Shown: positions 21,759 to 30,449 of the stretch, in pieces
Layout of the letters: every line of letters begins with the position of its first letter
How positions within the stretch are numbered: position 1 is the first letter of the stretch
Assembly: GCA_963695095.1 (NCBI GenBank)
Contig: CAVOFT010000001.1
Location: 1,248,001-1,312,000, forward strand
Length of the DNA stretch: 64,000 nt
From: an uncultured bacterium
GTDB taxonomy: Bacteria; Krumholzibacteriota; Krumholzibacteriia; JACNKJ01
Direction: 5' to 3'
Notes under the pieces: generated by a model
What the model saw: only the letters and a program-made list of their open reading frames with translations
Database searches by the model: none
Told to the model about the DNA's origin: nothing
Program-made: the position numbers and the translations under genes

Positions 21759-22851
21759 GACACCATGGCGATGGGCTGCGCTGGGACTGGCGTGCTTGCT
21801 CATGATCCCGGGCGGCGTCGCGCTGGCTGCCGAGGCCAGGCGCAGCGAGGAGCGCCGGCTGCCGGCGCGCAACCTGGCCCAGCTCATCGTCGAGAACCCG
21901 GCGGGCAGCATCGAGCTGCAGGGGGAAGCGCGGGAGGACCTCGAGCTGGCGGTGCACTACCGGGTTTGGGGCGGCAGTGCCGATGCCGTGCGCGACATCA
22001 TCAGCAATCTGCGCATCGACGTCTTCGAACAGGATGGCCGGCTGCGGCTGCGCCCGATGCATGCCGCGCGCAGCATCGACGGCCCACGGGCGAGTGATCT
22101 GGACGGAGCCCGCCTCAGCATCGACCTGCGTCTGCGCATGCCCGCGGCACTGCCCGTTGCCGCCAGCGTGACGCGCGATCGGCTTGTCGCCGTGGGGTTG
22201 GCGGGGGACCTGGTGCTCGCCGCCACGAGCGGAGACGTGGAAGCCCGCCAGATCGGCGGCAGCCTCTCGGCGGGCGTGACGGGCGGCACCCTGCGCCTCA
22301 GCGACGTCGCCGGCGATGTGGCGGTAACGGCAACCAGCGGCGACCTCGATCTTCGCCGTGTAGGCGGGAAGGCCGCGCTCCGCACCGTCACTGGTGGCAT
22401 GCGCATCGAGCAGGTAGCGGGGGACGCCAAGATCGAGACCGCTAGCGGCAAGCTGGTGGTCATTGATATCCGAGGCCGCTTGGAGTTGATCAGCGGCAGC
22501 GGCGACGTCGCCATCCGCAAGCCCGGCGGCGACCTCAAGGTGAATTGCGCCAGCGGCGACCTCAGCCTGCTGGATCTGGGCCCCTTGCCCGGCGGCCGAT
22601 CGCGCGAGGTGTTCCTGGCCAGTTCCAGCGGGGATATCGACGTGCTCTTGCTCCCTGGAGCGGGGTTCTGGCTGGACGCGGCGACCGATCTCGGCGCGAT
22701 GCAGTTGCGATTGCCGCTGCAGGTCGAGGACCTGAGCCGCCGCCACGTCAGCGGGCAGACCGGCGACGGCAGGGGCAGGTTGCGGGTTGTAACCGCCACC
22801 GGGGACATCCGTATCAAGCTCGCCCACGAGCCCCAAAGGACCACGCCCTGA
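21745..22851 (+). CDS. Secreted DUF4097-type beta-strand repeat protein
   Basis: Signal peptide ending VALA; repeated (T/S)SGD(V/L/I) units. Confidence 0.75.
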   Translation: MSCSETPWRWAALGLACLLMIPGGVALAAEARRSEERRLPARNLAQLIVENPAGSIELQGEAREDLELAVHYRVWGGSADAVRDIISNLRIDVFEQDGRLRLRPMHAARSIDGPRASDLDGARLSIDLRLRMPAALPVAASVTRDRLVAVGLAGDLVLAATSGDVEARQIGGSLSAGVTGGTLRLSDVAGDVAVTATSGDLDLRRVGGKAALRTVTGGMRIEQVAGDAKIETASGKLVVIDIRGRLELISGSGDVAIRKPGGDLKVNCASGDLSLLDLGPLPGGRSREVFLASSSGDIDVLLLPGAGFWLDAATDLGAMQLRLPLQVEDLSRRHVSGQTGDGRGRLRVVTATGDIRIKLAHEPQRTTP

Positions 22852-22853
22852 CC

Positions 22854-23537
22854 ATGGATACGCGCCCCGAGTTCGATCGCCAGGAAGGCAGAAGCCGCTG
22901 CGAATCGGTACAGAGCTCCCTTCCCGACTACTTTGAGGGACGCCTCTCCGCAGCACTCCGCGGTCCCCTGCGCGCCCACCTGCAGCGCTGCCCGCTCTGC
23001 TCCCGGGAGCATGCGCGCGAGCGCGAACTCCGGGCCCTGCTGGCCGAGCTCCGACCGCAGCCGGCCCCACGGGGCTTCGCCGATGCCGTCCTGGCAGAGG
23101 TTTTTGCCCAGGTACCCCTGCGCGAGCGCGTCACGCCGGCTCCGGCTCGCGGCGCCCTGCGGCGGCAGTGGGCGCCGCTCCCCCTCGGACTGCTCCTGCT
23201 GGCGCTGGTCCTTGGCCAATGGTGGCCGGCGGCCAAGCCGGAGCAGCTTCGTGACAGCGCGGCCGGAGTGCTCTTCGAGAGTAGCCGCGAACTCACGGGC
23301 GTGCTCTCCCTGATCGAGAGCGCCCGCAAGACAGGGGATCTCGTGACCCGACCGGCGCTGGACAAGGCCGCCTCCCTGATCCGTGTCGAGCGCACCTTGC
23401 GCAGCGTGCTCCCTCCGCAACTGCCGGCCCTGATTCTACTTGTTGCGTTGGGTCCCGTCGTGCTTGTCTTTGCTGTCTACCGCACACGGCTCAAGGGAGT
23501 GCTGTCCCATGCGCTCATGCATCCTACGCTGCGCTAG
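22854..23537 (+). CDS. Zinc-finger (zf-HC2/ZAS) anti-sigma factor, membrane-anchored
   Basis: C..V...LPDYFEG.L...HLQRCPLC (HxxxCxxC), followed by two hydrophobic segments. Confidence 0.8.
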   Translation: MDTRPEFDRQEGRSRCESVQSSLPDYFEGRLSAALRGPLRAHLQRCPLCSREHARERELRALLAELRPQPAPRGFADAVLAEVFAQVPLRERVTPAPARGALRRQWAPLPLGLLLLALVLGQWWPAAKPEQLRDSAAGVLFESSRELTGVLSLIESARKTGDLVTRPALDKAASLIRVERTLRSVLPPQLPALILLVALGPVVLVFAVYRTRLKGVLSHALMHPTLR

Positions 23538-24618
23538 CTGGCGCTTGACGGGCCGGGGCCTGCTTGCCCTGGCTGCGGTCCTGCTGCCGGCGGCGGCTCC
23601 CGCCGCCGGCACGGCGACGACCGACAGCAGCCGCAGCGCGAAAGGCATCGCCCACGAGATCATCATCGACGACTCTGGAATCATCGTGAAGGAGGGAGAC
23701 AGCGAGGTTTCGATCACGGCGGAGGATGAGGAGGGTCGGCTCCGGGTGCGCGTCGACACTGGCGACCCCGCGGACAAGAGCCGATACGGGGATCAGGACG
23801 AACAGGTCAGCTTTGGCCGCGATGTCACGGTCGAGAGCGACGAGATCGTGCACAATGACCTGGTCATCCTCTTCGGCGACCTCGAGGTCTACGGCGAGGT
23901 GGTGGGCAACATCGTCGTCATCATGGGCGATGTCTACGTGCGGGAGGATGCAGTCATCACGGGCGACGTACTGGTCGTCGGCGGGGAGGTCGAGCGCGAG
24001 GAGGGCGCCCGGATCGTCGGCGAGGTGACCCGTACGAGTAGCCACCTGGGGGGGCTGTTCAAGAACGGCTGGCGCGCCGCCGACTTCCGATTGATGGACC
24101 GCGAGCGTTTCGGCACCGACGATGCGCTGCTGAAGCTCCTGGAGTTCCTCGCGCTGGCGATGGCCGGGAGCATCCTGCTGGCGGCCCGCATCCCACGCTT
24201 CACGGCGGGACTGCGTTGCCGGCCCTGGTGGAGCCTGCTCGTCGGCTTTCTGACGCTCCTGGCCGCGGCGCTGCTGGCAATCCCGGTGGCCCTGATCCTT
24301 TTCCTGCTTCTGCTCACCCTGGTCGGCATTCCGGTCGTGGTCTTGACCATCCTTGCTCTCATCGGGCTTGGCTTCGCGGCCTGGCTGATCCCGCTCTACA
24401 CCTTCTCCAGGTACACGCTCGAAGTCCGAGGCATGAATCGCTATGCCGCCGTGGCGATCTGGGCCGCGGTCTTCTGGCTGTTCCACCTGCTCGGTCACCT
24501 CGGTGGCCCGATGAAGGGGCTCGTGCTCTTCGTGGAGATCGTGGCCTGGTGCGCCGGCTTGGGGATCCTCGTCATCACACGCCTGGGCTCCCGGCATCCC
24601 ATCGCCGACCGCGCTTGA
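23509..24618 (+). CDS. Membrane protein with a bactofilin/polymer-forming-like beta-helix domain and C-terminal TM helices
   Basis: Signal peptide; repeats V.GD.V..GG.V (GDLEVYGEVVGNIVVIMGDV); multiple TM helices. Confidence 0.7.
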   Translation: MRSCILRCASWRLTGRGLLALAAVLLPAAAPAAGTATTDSSRSAKGIAHEIIIDDSGIIVKEGDSEVSITAEDEEGRLRVRVDTGDPADKSRYGDQDEQVSFGRDVTVESDEIVHNDLVILFGDLEVYGEVVGNIVVIMGDVYVREDAVITGDVLVVGGEVEREEGARIVGEVTRTSSHLGGLFKNGWRAADFRLMDRERFGTDDALLKLLEFLALAMAGSILLAARIPRFTAGLRCRPWWSLLVGFLTLLAAALLAIPVALILFLLLLTLVGIPVVVLTILALIGLGFAAWLIPLYTFSRYTLEVRGMNRYAAVAIWAAVFWLFHLLGHLGGPMKGLVLFVEIVAWCAGLGILVITRLGSRHPIADRA

Positions 24619-24659
24619 TTCCTCTGGCCAGGACCGGGACTCATCGCTAGGTTGACCGG

Positions 24660-26087
24660 GTGTGCCGAGCCCAAGCATTTGCGGCGCCCCGCGCCCCCGC
24701 CGACCGCCGTCGCCGGCGCGCGATCTCCTTCCTGCTTGTCCTCGCCTGCCTGGCCGGAGTCGCCGGGAAGGCCGCGGCTGCCAAGCGCAGCAAGCTCGAC
24801 CTGCCGGGTGCCGGCTTCCAGGCCGCGGATGCGGAGGTGTTTCGCGGCTGGCCGCTGCAAGAGATCATCCTCCAGGGCAATCAGCGCACCCGGGACGAGG
24901 CGATCCTGCGCGAACTCTACCTCCAGCCCGGAGATGCCTTCGACCCCGAGCTTCTGGAGCGCGATCTGCGCTTTCTGGACGGCCTCAGTATCTTCGCCGC
25001 GGTCGGGGTGGCGATCGCGCCTGACGGCGGCAGTCTCCGTGTGACCTACTACTTCATGGAGCGGGGCGATACGCGCTGGGGGCTGGTCTATCCGGTGGCC
25101 GACTATCGGGATGGCGAATTCCGCCTGGGTGCTGTCTACCGCCATCGCAGCCTTCGGGGCGCACGGGAGGATCTCTGGCTGGAGTACTCGGCGGGCTGGG
25201 AGGAGCGCGCCCGCGTCAGCCTCGGGCGTCCGTGGCTGGGCAGCTATCCCATCGATCAGCGCCTGGACTATCGGCTCGTCGATCGCGACGACGAGGATGA
25301 GCTGCACACCGAGCGCGTGGCGATCAGCTTCTGGCTCTCGCTGCTGCGCCGGCGACCGCTCGAGCACCGCTTTCTGTTCAGCGTGGCCTGGGGTGAACGC
25401 TCTTTCTTGGCAACGCCCATCACTGCACAGGCTCCCGACCGCGAGCGTCATTATGAGCAATTCAGCTCCGTGAGTTTCGGCTACGCCCGCGACACCCGGG
25501 ACAGCTTTCTGCGACCCCAACAGGGCGGGCAGCTCGCGCTGACGAGCAGTCTCTACGATCCCATCCTGGGCAGCACGGTCTACTTGCGGCAGCTGTCGCT
25601 GTTCGTGACGCACTATCGGATGCTTCCCCTGGGCTGGGTGGGCGCGGTGGGGCTGGATGCCGTCAACCGCTGGGGCGAGCTGTTCTACAAGGGCACCTCC
25701 TCGCTGGGTGGATTGGATTCCGTGCGCGGCTATGGCGGCGGCAGCATCGATGGCTGGCAGGGCGCTGCGACGGCGGCGGGGCCCAGGGGTCGGAACCATC
25801 TGGTGCTGCGCGGTGAACTTCGCCACGATCTCCTGCCTCGCTTCACCTTCAAGCTCCCTATCCTCGGCGTCGTGGACGTGCAACTCGAGGCCGCGCTCTT
25901 CGCCGACGCGGGCTTCCTCTGGAGCCGAAATCGCTTCCTCCTGCCCGATGGCGCTCGCGCTCGGATTCACGGCGCCGGCGGCGGTCTGCGCGCCTACACG
26001 CCGATCGGCGATGTCCTGCGCTGCGAACTCGGCCTCGGGGAAGGAGGCCGCTACGAGATCCATCTAGGCAGCGGCATGCGTTTCTAG
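24660..26087 (+). CDS. Omp85 (BamA/TamA-family) outer-membrane protein with a single POTRA domain
   Basis: POTRA IILQGNQRTRDEAILREL..GDAFD; barrel motif LGGLDSVRGY; terminal Phe. Start uncertain. Confidence 0.8.
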   Translation: MCRAQAFAAPRAPADRRRRRAISFLLVLACLAGVAGKAAAAKRSKLDLPGAGFQAADAEVFRGWPLQEIILQGNQRTRDEAILRELYLQPGDAFDPELLERDLRFLDGLSIFAAVGVAIAPDGGSLRVTYYFMERGDTRWGLVYPVADYRDGEFRLGAVYRHRSLRGAREDLWLEYSAGWEERARVSLGRPWLGSYPIDQRLDYRLVDRDDEDELHTERVAISFWLSLLRRRPLEHRFLFSVAWGERSFLATPITAQAPDRERHYEQFSSVSFGYARDTRDSFLRPQQGGQLALTSSLYDPILGSTVYLRQLSLFVTHYRMLPLGWVGAVGLDAVNRWGELFYKGTSSLGGLDSVRGYGGGSIDGWQGAATAAGPRGRNHLVLRGELRHDLLPRFTFKLPILGVVDVQLEAALFADAGFLWSRNRFLLPDGARARIHGAGGGLRAYTPIGDVLRCELGLGEGGRYEIHLGSGMRF

Positions 26088-26431
26088 GCACCGCCGCACC
26101 ATTGGGGGAAATGCCCCAAGCACCCAAGACGCGGACGAATCTTCCAACTACTGCGATTGCAGGGGGATGGAGCCCGGTGCAGACTCCGCGCTGGGGGAAA
26201 GCCCCCAGAGCGGCGCAGCGAGAAGGGGGAGGGGAGGGCGCCGCCCTGGGCGCGAGGAATTGTCAGGGCCGCCATCCCCACTCGCTGCCGGACGGCTGGC
26301 CAGGCTGGGCCTGCTCTTAGGCCTCCGCATCTCCGTGCCGCCTCTGTTTCGGGCGGGCCGGCCCATCTTGAGCCGGGAAGCGGGGAACGCCGGTTGCGGA
26401 AAGAGGGCTGGACGCCAGAGTGGGAGCCCAG

Positions 26432-27502
26432 ATGCGCGAAATGACCCCCCGGATCCAGACCCAGCCAGCCAGCAGCCGGACCTCCCGCCGGCTCCTCGCC
26501 TTTGCGCTGCTGCTCCAGGCGTCCACCTTCTTTGCAGCGGCCCCCAGCGTCGCCGCCGGGGCCGTGCTCGAACTCGACCTCCATCGGGGCGTCCAGGCCC
26601 GGATCTTCTCGGCGGACTATGTCGAGGAGCACTGGGTGCGCGAGAGCGCCGGGCGCGCCTGGCTCGAGATCCCCGGCTACGGCAGCACCGAACTCATCCT
26701 GCCCGAGTCCGGTGATCCCAGCTCCGCTTACCATCCCCATGCGGCCCTGGATGTCTACGATGCCCTGGCCGCGGTCGTGCATACCGCGCTGCCGGAGACG
26801 CTCAGCGTCTTCTGCCTGCCCTATCCGCGCAAGGGATTGACCAGCAGTTCCACGGCCGGCGCGCGCATCTTCCTGAGCCCTGGCGCGCTGCCGATCCCGC
26901 GCGAAGTCACGCACATGGTCGCCACCCATGAACTCGGCCACGCGATGCACAATCGCCACCTACCGGAGAGCGATACGGCCGGCTGGCAAGCCTATCGCAA
27001 GCTCCGGGATATCGAGGACACGAGCGTCTACTGCGCCGATGCGCTGCACCGGAATCGGCCGCGCGAGATCTTCGCGGAGGACTTCCGCTACCTCTGCGGA
27101 GGGGCGCTGGCCAACTACAGCGGCACGATCGAGAATGGCGCGCTGCCGGCGCCGGATGCGGTGCCTGGGCTTCACGGTTTCCTGCTCGCGCTGGGGCAGG
27201 GCCAGGTGGTGGCCGCGGGTCCGCTGGTGGCGAGCAACTACCCGAATCCCTTCAATCCGCAGACTCGCCTCGCCCTGGCCGCCGCCCGCGAGCAGCTCGG
27301 GCTGCCCCTGACCATCGAGGTCTTCGATGCAGCCGGCCGCCGGGTGCGCACGCTCTATCTGGGCACCCTGGAGCGCCTGTTCCTGGAAGTCGAATGGGAC
27401 GGACGTGACGAACGCGGCGGGGCTCTGGCCTCCGGCGTCTATTTCGCGCGTATCCGGCTGGGCGAGCAGCGCCTGAGCCACAAGATGCTCCTGATCGGCT
27501 GA
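26432..27502 (+). CDS. Secreted zincin-like metallopeptidase with FlgD-Ig/T9SS-like C-terminal domain
   Basis: Signal peptide; HELGHAMH and REIFAEDF; C-terminal NYPNPFNP..WDGRDE.G..LASGVYFARI..KMLLI. Confidence 0.72.
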   Translation: MREMTPRIQTQPASSRTSRRLLAFALLLQASTFFAAAPSVAAGAVLELDLHRGVQARIFSADYVEEHWVRESAGRAWLEIPGYGSTELILPESGDPSSAYHPHAALDVYDALAAVVHTALPETLSVFCLPYPRKGLTSSSTAGARIFLSPGALPIPREVTHMVATHELGHAMHNRHLPESDTAGWQAYRKLRDIEDTSVYCADALHRNRPREIFAEDFRYLCGGALANYSGTIENGALPAPDAVPGLHGFLLALGQGQVVAAGPLVASNYPNPFNPQTRLALAAAREQLGLPLTIEVFDAAGRRVRTLYLGTLERLFLEVEWDGRDERGGALASGVYFARIRLGEQRLSHKMLLIG

Positions 27503-27526
27503 TTCCTCCTCCTGACGGTCCCCCCT

Positions 27527-27583
27527 CGCGGCGCCGCCCCCCCCAGCGGCGCCGCGGGCTTTTGGGAGCCAAGGCTCCTTTTT
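27527..27583 (+). terminator. Tandem hairpins, probable intrinsic terminator
   Basis: CGCGGCGCCGC/GCGGCGCCGCG stem, then GGAGC-CAAG-GCTCC followed by TTTTT. Confidence 0.55.
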
Positions 27584-27590
27584 CATCGCG

Positions 27591-27619
27591 TTGACAGCGG
27601 CAGCCCGGCTCTCTAGCTT
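27591..27619 (+). promoter_or_regulatory. sigma70 promoter of ispH
   Basis: TTGACA-N17-TAGCTT. Confidence 0.6.
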
Positions 27620-27643
27620 GCAGGAACAATCCGGGAGGTCGCC

Positions 27644-28495
27644 TTGCCCCGAGAGATCATCCTCGCCCGCAGCGCCGGGCAGTGCTTCGGCGTCAAGCGC
27701 GCCTTCAACATCGCCATGGAGGCGGCCCGCAGCGAGGACGCCGTCGTCATGCTGGGCGACATCGTGCACAACGAGCACGTCGTCCAGAAGATCGACGAGG
27801 CCGGCGTGAAGGTCGTGCGCGAGATCGATGAGGCCGGCGCGAGCGGCACCCTGCTGGTCCGCGCGCACGGCGCCGCGCCCGAAGTCTACGCGAAGGCCCG
27901 AGCGCAGGGGCTCAAGATCCTCGATGCCACCTGCCCCCTCGTCCATGAGATCCACCAGGTGGCCCGCGAGATGGAGAGCGAGGGCTACCAGCTCATCGTG
28001 ATCGGCGACCATGGCCACGACGAAGTCGTCGGCATCACCGGGCAGGTCAAGGACGCCATCGTCCTGGCCGGACCCGCCGAGGTGGCCTTGCGCATTCCGG
28101 GCCGCCTGCGCAAGGCCGGCGTGGTGGTCCAGTCCACCCAGAACATCGAGAACGTGCAGAGGATCCTCGTCGAATTGCTGCCGCGCGTGCGCGAGCTGCG
28201 CTACGTGGACACCATCTGCGGCCCGACCAAGACGCACCAGCGGGACATCCGCGACCTGCCCGGCCATTGCGACGTGATGGTCATCGTCGGCTCCTTCACG
28301 AGCGCCAACACCTGCCGGCTGACCGAGATCTCCCGGATCAGCAACCCGCGCAGCCATCAGGTCGAGGATGCCTCCGGGCTGGATCCTGCCTGGTTCGCGG
28401 GCGCGGCCAGAATCGGGGTGAGCGCCGGCGCCTCGACGCCGGACTGGATCATCGACGAGGTCGTCAGCGTGCTTCAGTCCCTGCCGGAGACCTGA
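27644..28495 (+). CDS. ispH: 4-hydroxy-3-methylbut-2-enyl diphosphate reductase
   Basis: AGQCFGVKRA, IVHNEHVV, RAHG, DATCPLV, GHDEV, DTICGPT, SANT, GVSAGASTPDW; TTG start after GGGAGG. Confidence 0.95.
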   Translation: MPREIILARSAGQCFGVKRAFNIAMEAARSEDAVVMLGDIVHNEHVVQKIDEAGVKVVREIDEAGASGTLLVRAHGAAPEVYAKARAQGLKILDATCPLVHEIHQVAREMESEGYQLIVIGDHGHDEVVGITGQVKDAIVLAGPAEVALRIPGRLRKAGVVVQSTQNIENVQRILVELLPRVRELRYVDTICGPTKTHQRDIRDLPGHCDVMVIVGSFTSANTCRLTEISRISNPRSHQVEDASGLDPAWFAGAARIGVSAGASTPDWIIDEVVSVLQSLPET

Positions 28496-28608
28496 GGTCC
28501 GGCCGCCCGCGAGTCCGCCCTTGGCTGTTCTGCCCTGCCTGTGTTATCATTGGGGTTAGCGCCGATTATCGGGCGCTTTCCCTGGCCCTCAGCAGAGGAT
28601 GGATGTCG

Positions 28609-30426
28609 ATGGGTGCGATCTCCAAGCGCCGCATGGCGGCGAGCGGGTTCCTGCTTTGTCTACTCTGGCTCGGGTTCGGGCCCGCAGCGCTGGTCGCGAG
28701 CGCCGCCCCGCCGCTGGATGAACGCGGCCTGCCCCTCTGGGAGCCCGCCGTCTGGCGGGATCTGCCCATCGAGCTCATGCTACCGGACGGCGATGCCCTG
28801 ACGGCCTTGCTGGCCCGCGTGCCCATCGCCGCCTTCCAGCGCGAGGACGTCCGCCCGGCCGCGCGCACGCCCTTCGGCCGTGCGCTGCGCCTGCGCACCC
28901 GCGTCACCGAGACGGAACTCGCCGCCCTCGAGGCGGCGGGCTACCAGCCCCTGCGCGTGCCCGACCTCGAGCGCAGCCTGCAGACCGCCATCGAGGAGCG
29001 CTGGGCCGCCCAGGTCGAGCGCGGCGGCGAGGATGAGCGCGTGGGCGAGCGGGGGGTCTATCACACCTATGCCCAGCTGGGGCAGATCCTGCTCGACACC
29101 GAGACCGCCCATCCGGCCATCGCCAAGCGCGGCAGCCTGGGCACCTCCGTGCAGGGTCGCGAGCTGTGGACGCTGACGATCAGCGACAACGTGAACGGCG
29201 CCGAGGAGGCCGAGCCCGAGCTGCGCATCTCGGCCAACATCCACGGCAACGAGAAGATCAGCATGGAGATGAGCCTCTACCTGATCGACTACCTGGCCGC
29301 CAACTACGGTGTCGCCGGCCACGAGGACGTCACCAACCTCGTGGACAACTACCACCTGCTCTTTCTGCCCCTGCACAACCCTGACGGTCATGTCGCCAAC
29401 ACTCGCAGCAACGCCAACGGCGTGGACCTGAATCGGAACTTCCCCGTGCCGGACGGCTCGGTCGGCGAGGACGGCACCTACACCGAGCAGATCGAGACCC
29501 AGCTCATGAAAGCCTGGGGCCTTGCCACGCATTGCGTGATCAGCCAGGACGGCCACAGCGGCGCCTTGGTGGTCAATTACCCCTGGGACTACACCTACAC
29601 GCTCGCTCCGGACGACGCCGCCCTGATCCAGCTCGCCGAGGAGTACAGCTACTACAACTCGCCGATGTGGAACGGCGACTTCTACCACGGCATCACGAAC
29701 GGCGCGCAGTGGTACGTCACCAAGGGCAGTCTGCAAGACTGGGCCTACCACGAGACCGGTAGCCTGCACGTGATCGTGGAGTTCAGCGACAGCTACGCGC
29801 CGCCCGCCTCCCAGCTCGACACCTACTGGGCGAACAACCGCGAGAGCTTCATGCACTGGATCAAGGCCGCGCGCTACGGCGTCAACGGGCGCGTCACCGA
29901 TGCGGCCACCGGCGCGCCCCTGGCCGCCACGGTGACGGTGATCGGCAATGCGAAATCCGTCCAGACCGACCCCGACCGGGGCGACTACTACAAGCTTCTC
30001 GACACGGGCAGCTACACGCTGCGCTTCGAAGCGCCGGGCTACGTCACGCAGACGATCAGCGGCGTCAGCACCAGCTGGGGCACGCCGACCGTCCTCGACG
30101 TGGCCCTGGTGGACCAGACCACGGACGCGCCCCTGCTGCCGGCCGTCGCCGCGCGCCTGGAGGGCAACTTCCCGAATCCCTTCAATCCGACCACGACGCT
30201 GCGCTATCGGCTGGCTCGCGAGGGAAGCGTGGACCTGGACATCCTCGATGCGCGGGGCCGCCACGTCTGCAGTCTGCTTGCGGGCGCCATGCAGACCGCG
30301 GGCGCGCATGAAGTGCTCTGGAACGGCCGCGACGCAGCGGGCCAGGCCCTGCCCAGTGGCCTCTATCAGGCCCGCCTCAGGGCAGGCGGCATCGAGGACG
30401 GCCTGAAGCTGCTTCTGCTCAAGTAA
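28609..30426 (+). CDS. Secreted M14 zinc carboxypeptidase with CarboxypepD_reg-like and FlgD-Ig/T9SS-like C-terminal domains
   Basis: NIHGNE (HxxE), NPDG..RSNANGVDLNRNF, HSG..NYPWD, GITNGAQWY..GSLQDWAY, VEFS; NFPNPFNP tail. Confidence 0.88.
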   Translation: MGAISKRRMAASGFLLCLLWLGFGPAALVASAAPPLDERGLPLWEPAVWRDLPIELMLPDGDALTALLARVPIAAFQREDVRPAARTPFGRALRLRTRVTETELAALEAAGYQPLRVPDLERSLQTAIEERWAAQVERGGEDERVGERGVYHTYAQLGQILLDTETAHPAIAKRGSLGTSVQGRELWTLTISDNVNGAEEAEPELRISANIHGNEKISMEMSLYLIDYLAANYGVAGHEDVTNLVDNYHLLFLPLHNPDGHVANTRSNANGVDLNRNFPVPDGSVGEDGTYTEQIETQLMKAWGLATHCVISQDGHSGALVVNYPWDYTYTLAPDDAALIQLAEEYSYYNSPMWNGDFYHGITNGAQWYVTKGSLQDWAYHETGSLHVIVEFSDSYAPPASQLDTYWANNRESFMHWIKAARYGVNGRVTDAATGAPLAATVTVIGNAKSVQTDPDRGDYYKLLDTGSYTLRFEAPGYVTQTISGVSTSWGTPTVLDVALVDQTTDAPLLPAVAARLEGNFPNPFNPTTTLRYRLAREGSVDLDILDARGRHVCSLLAGAMQTAGAHEVLWNGRDAAGQALPSGLYQARLRAGGIEDGLKLLLLK

Positions 30427-30449
30427 TCCGCGCCCAGGGAGGACAGCGC

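Noticed and set aside
26088..26430. RNase P RNA, SRP RNA or c-di-GMP-I riboswitch
   Set aside because: No GAGGAAAGUCC or GGAAGGAAGCAG core, and only a loose resemblance to the GCAAAC..GAAA..GACGCAAAG pattern. Kept only as an unassigned structure.
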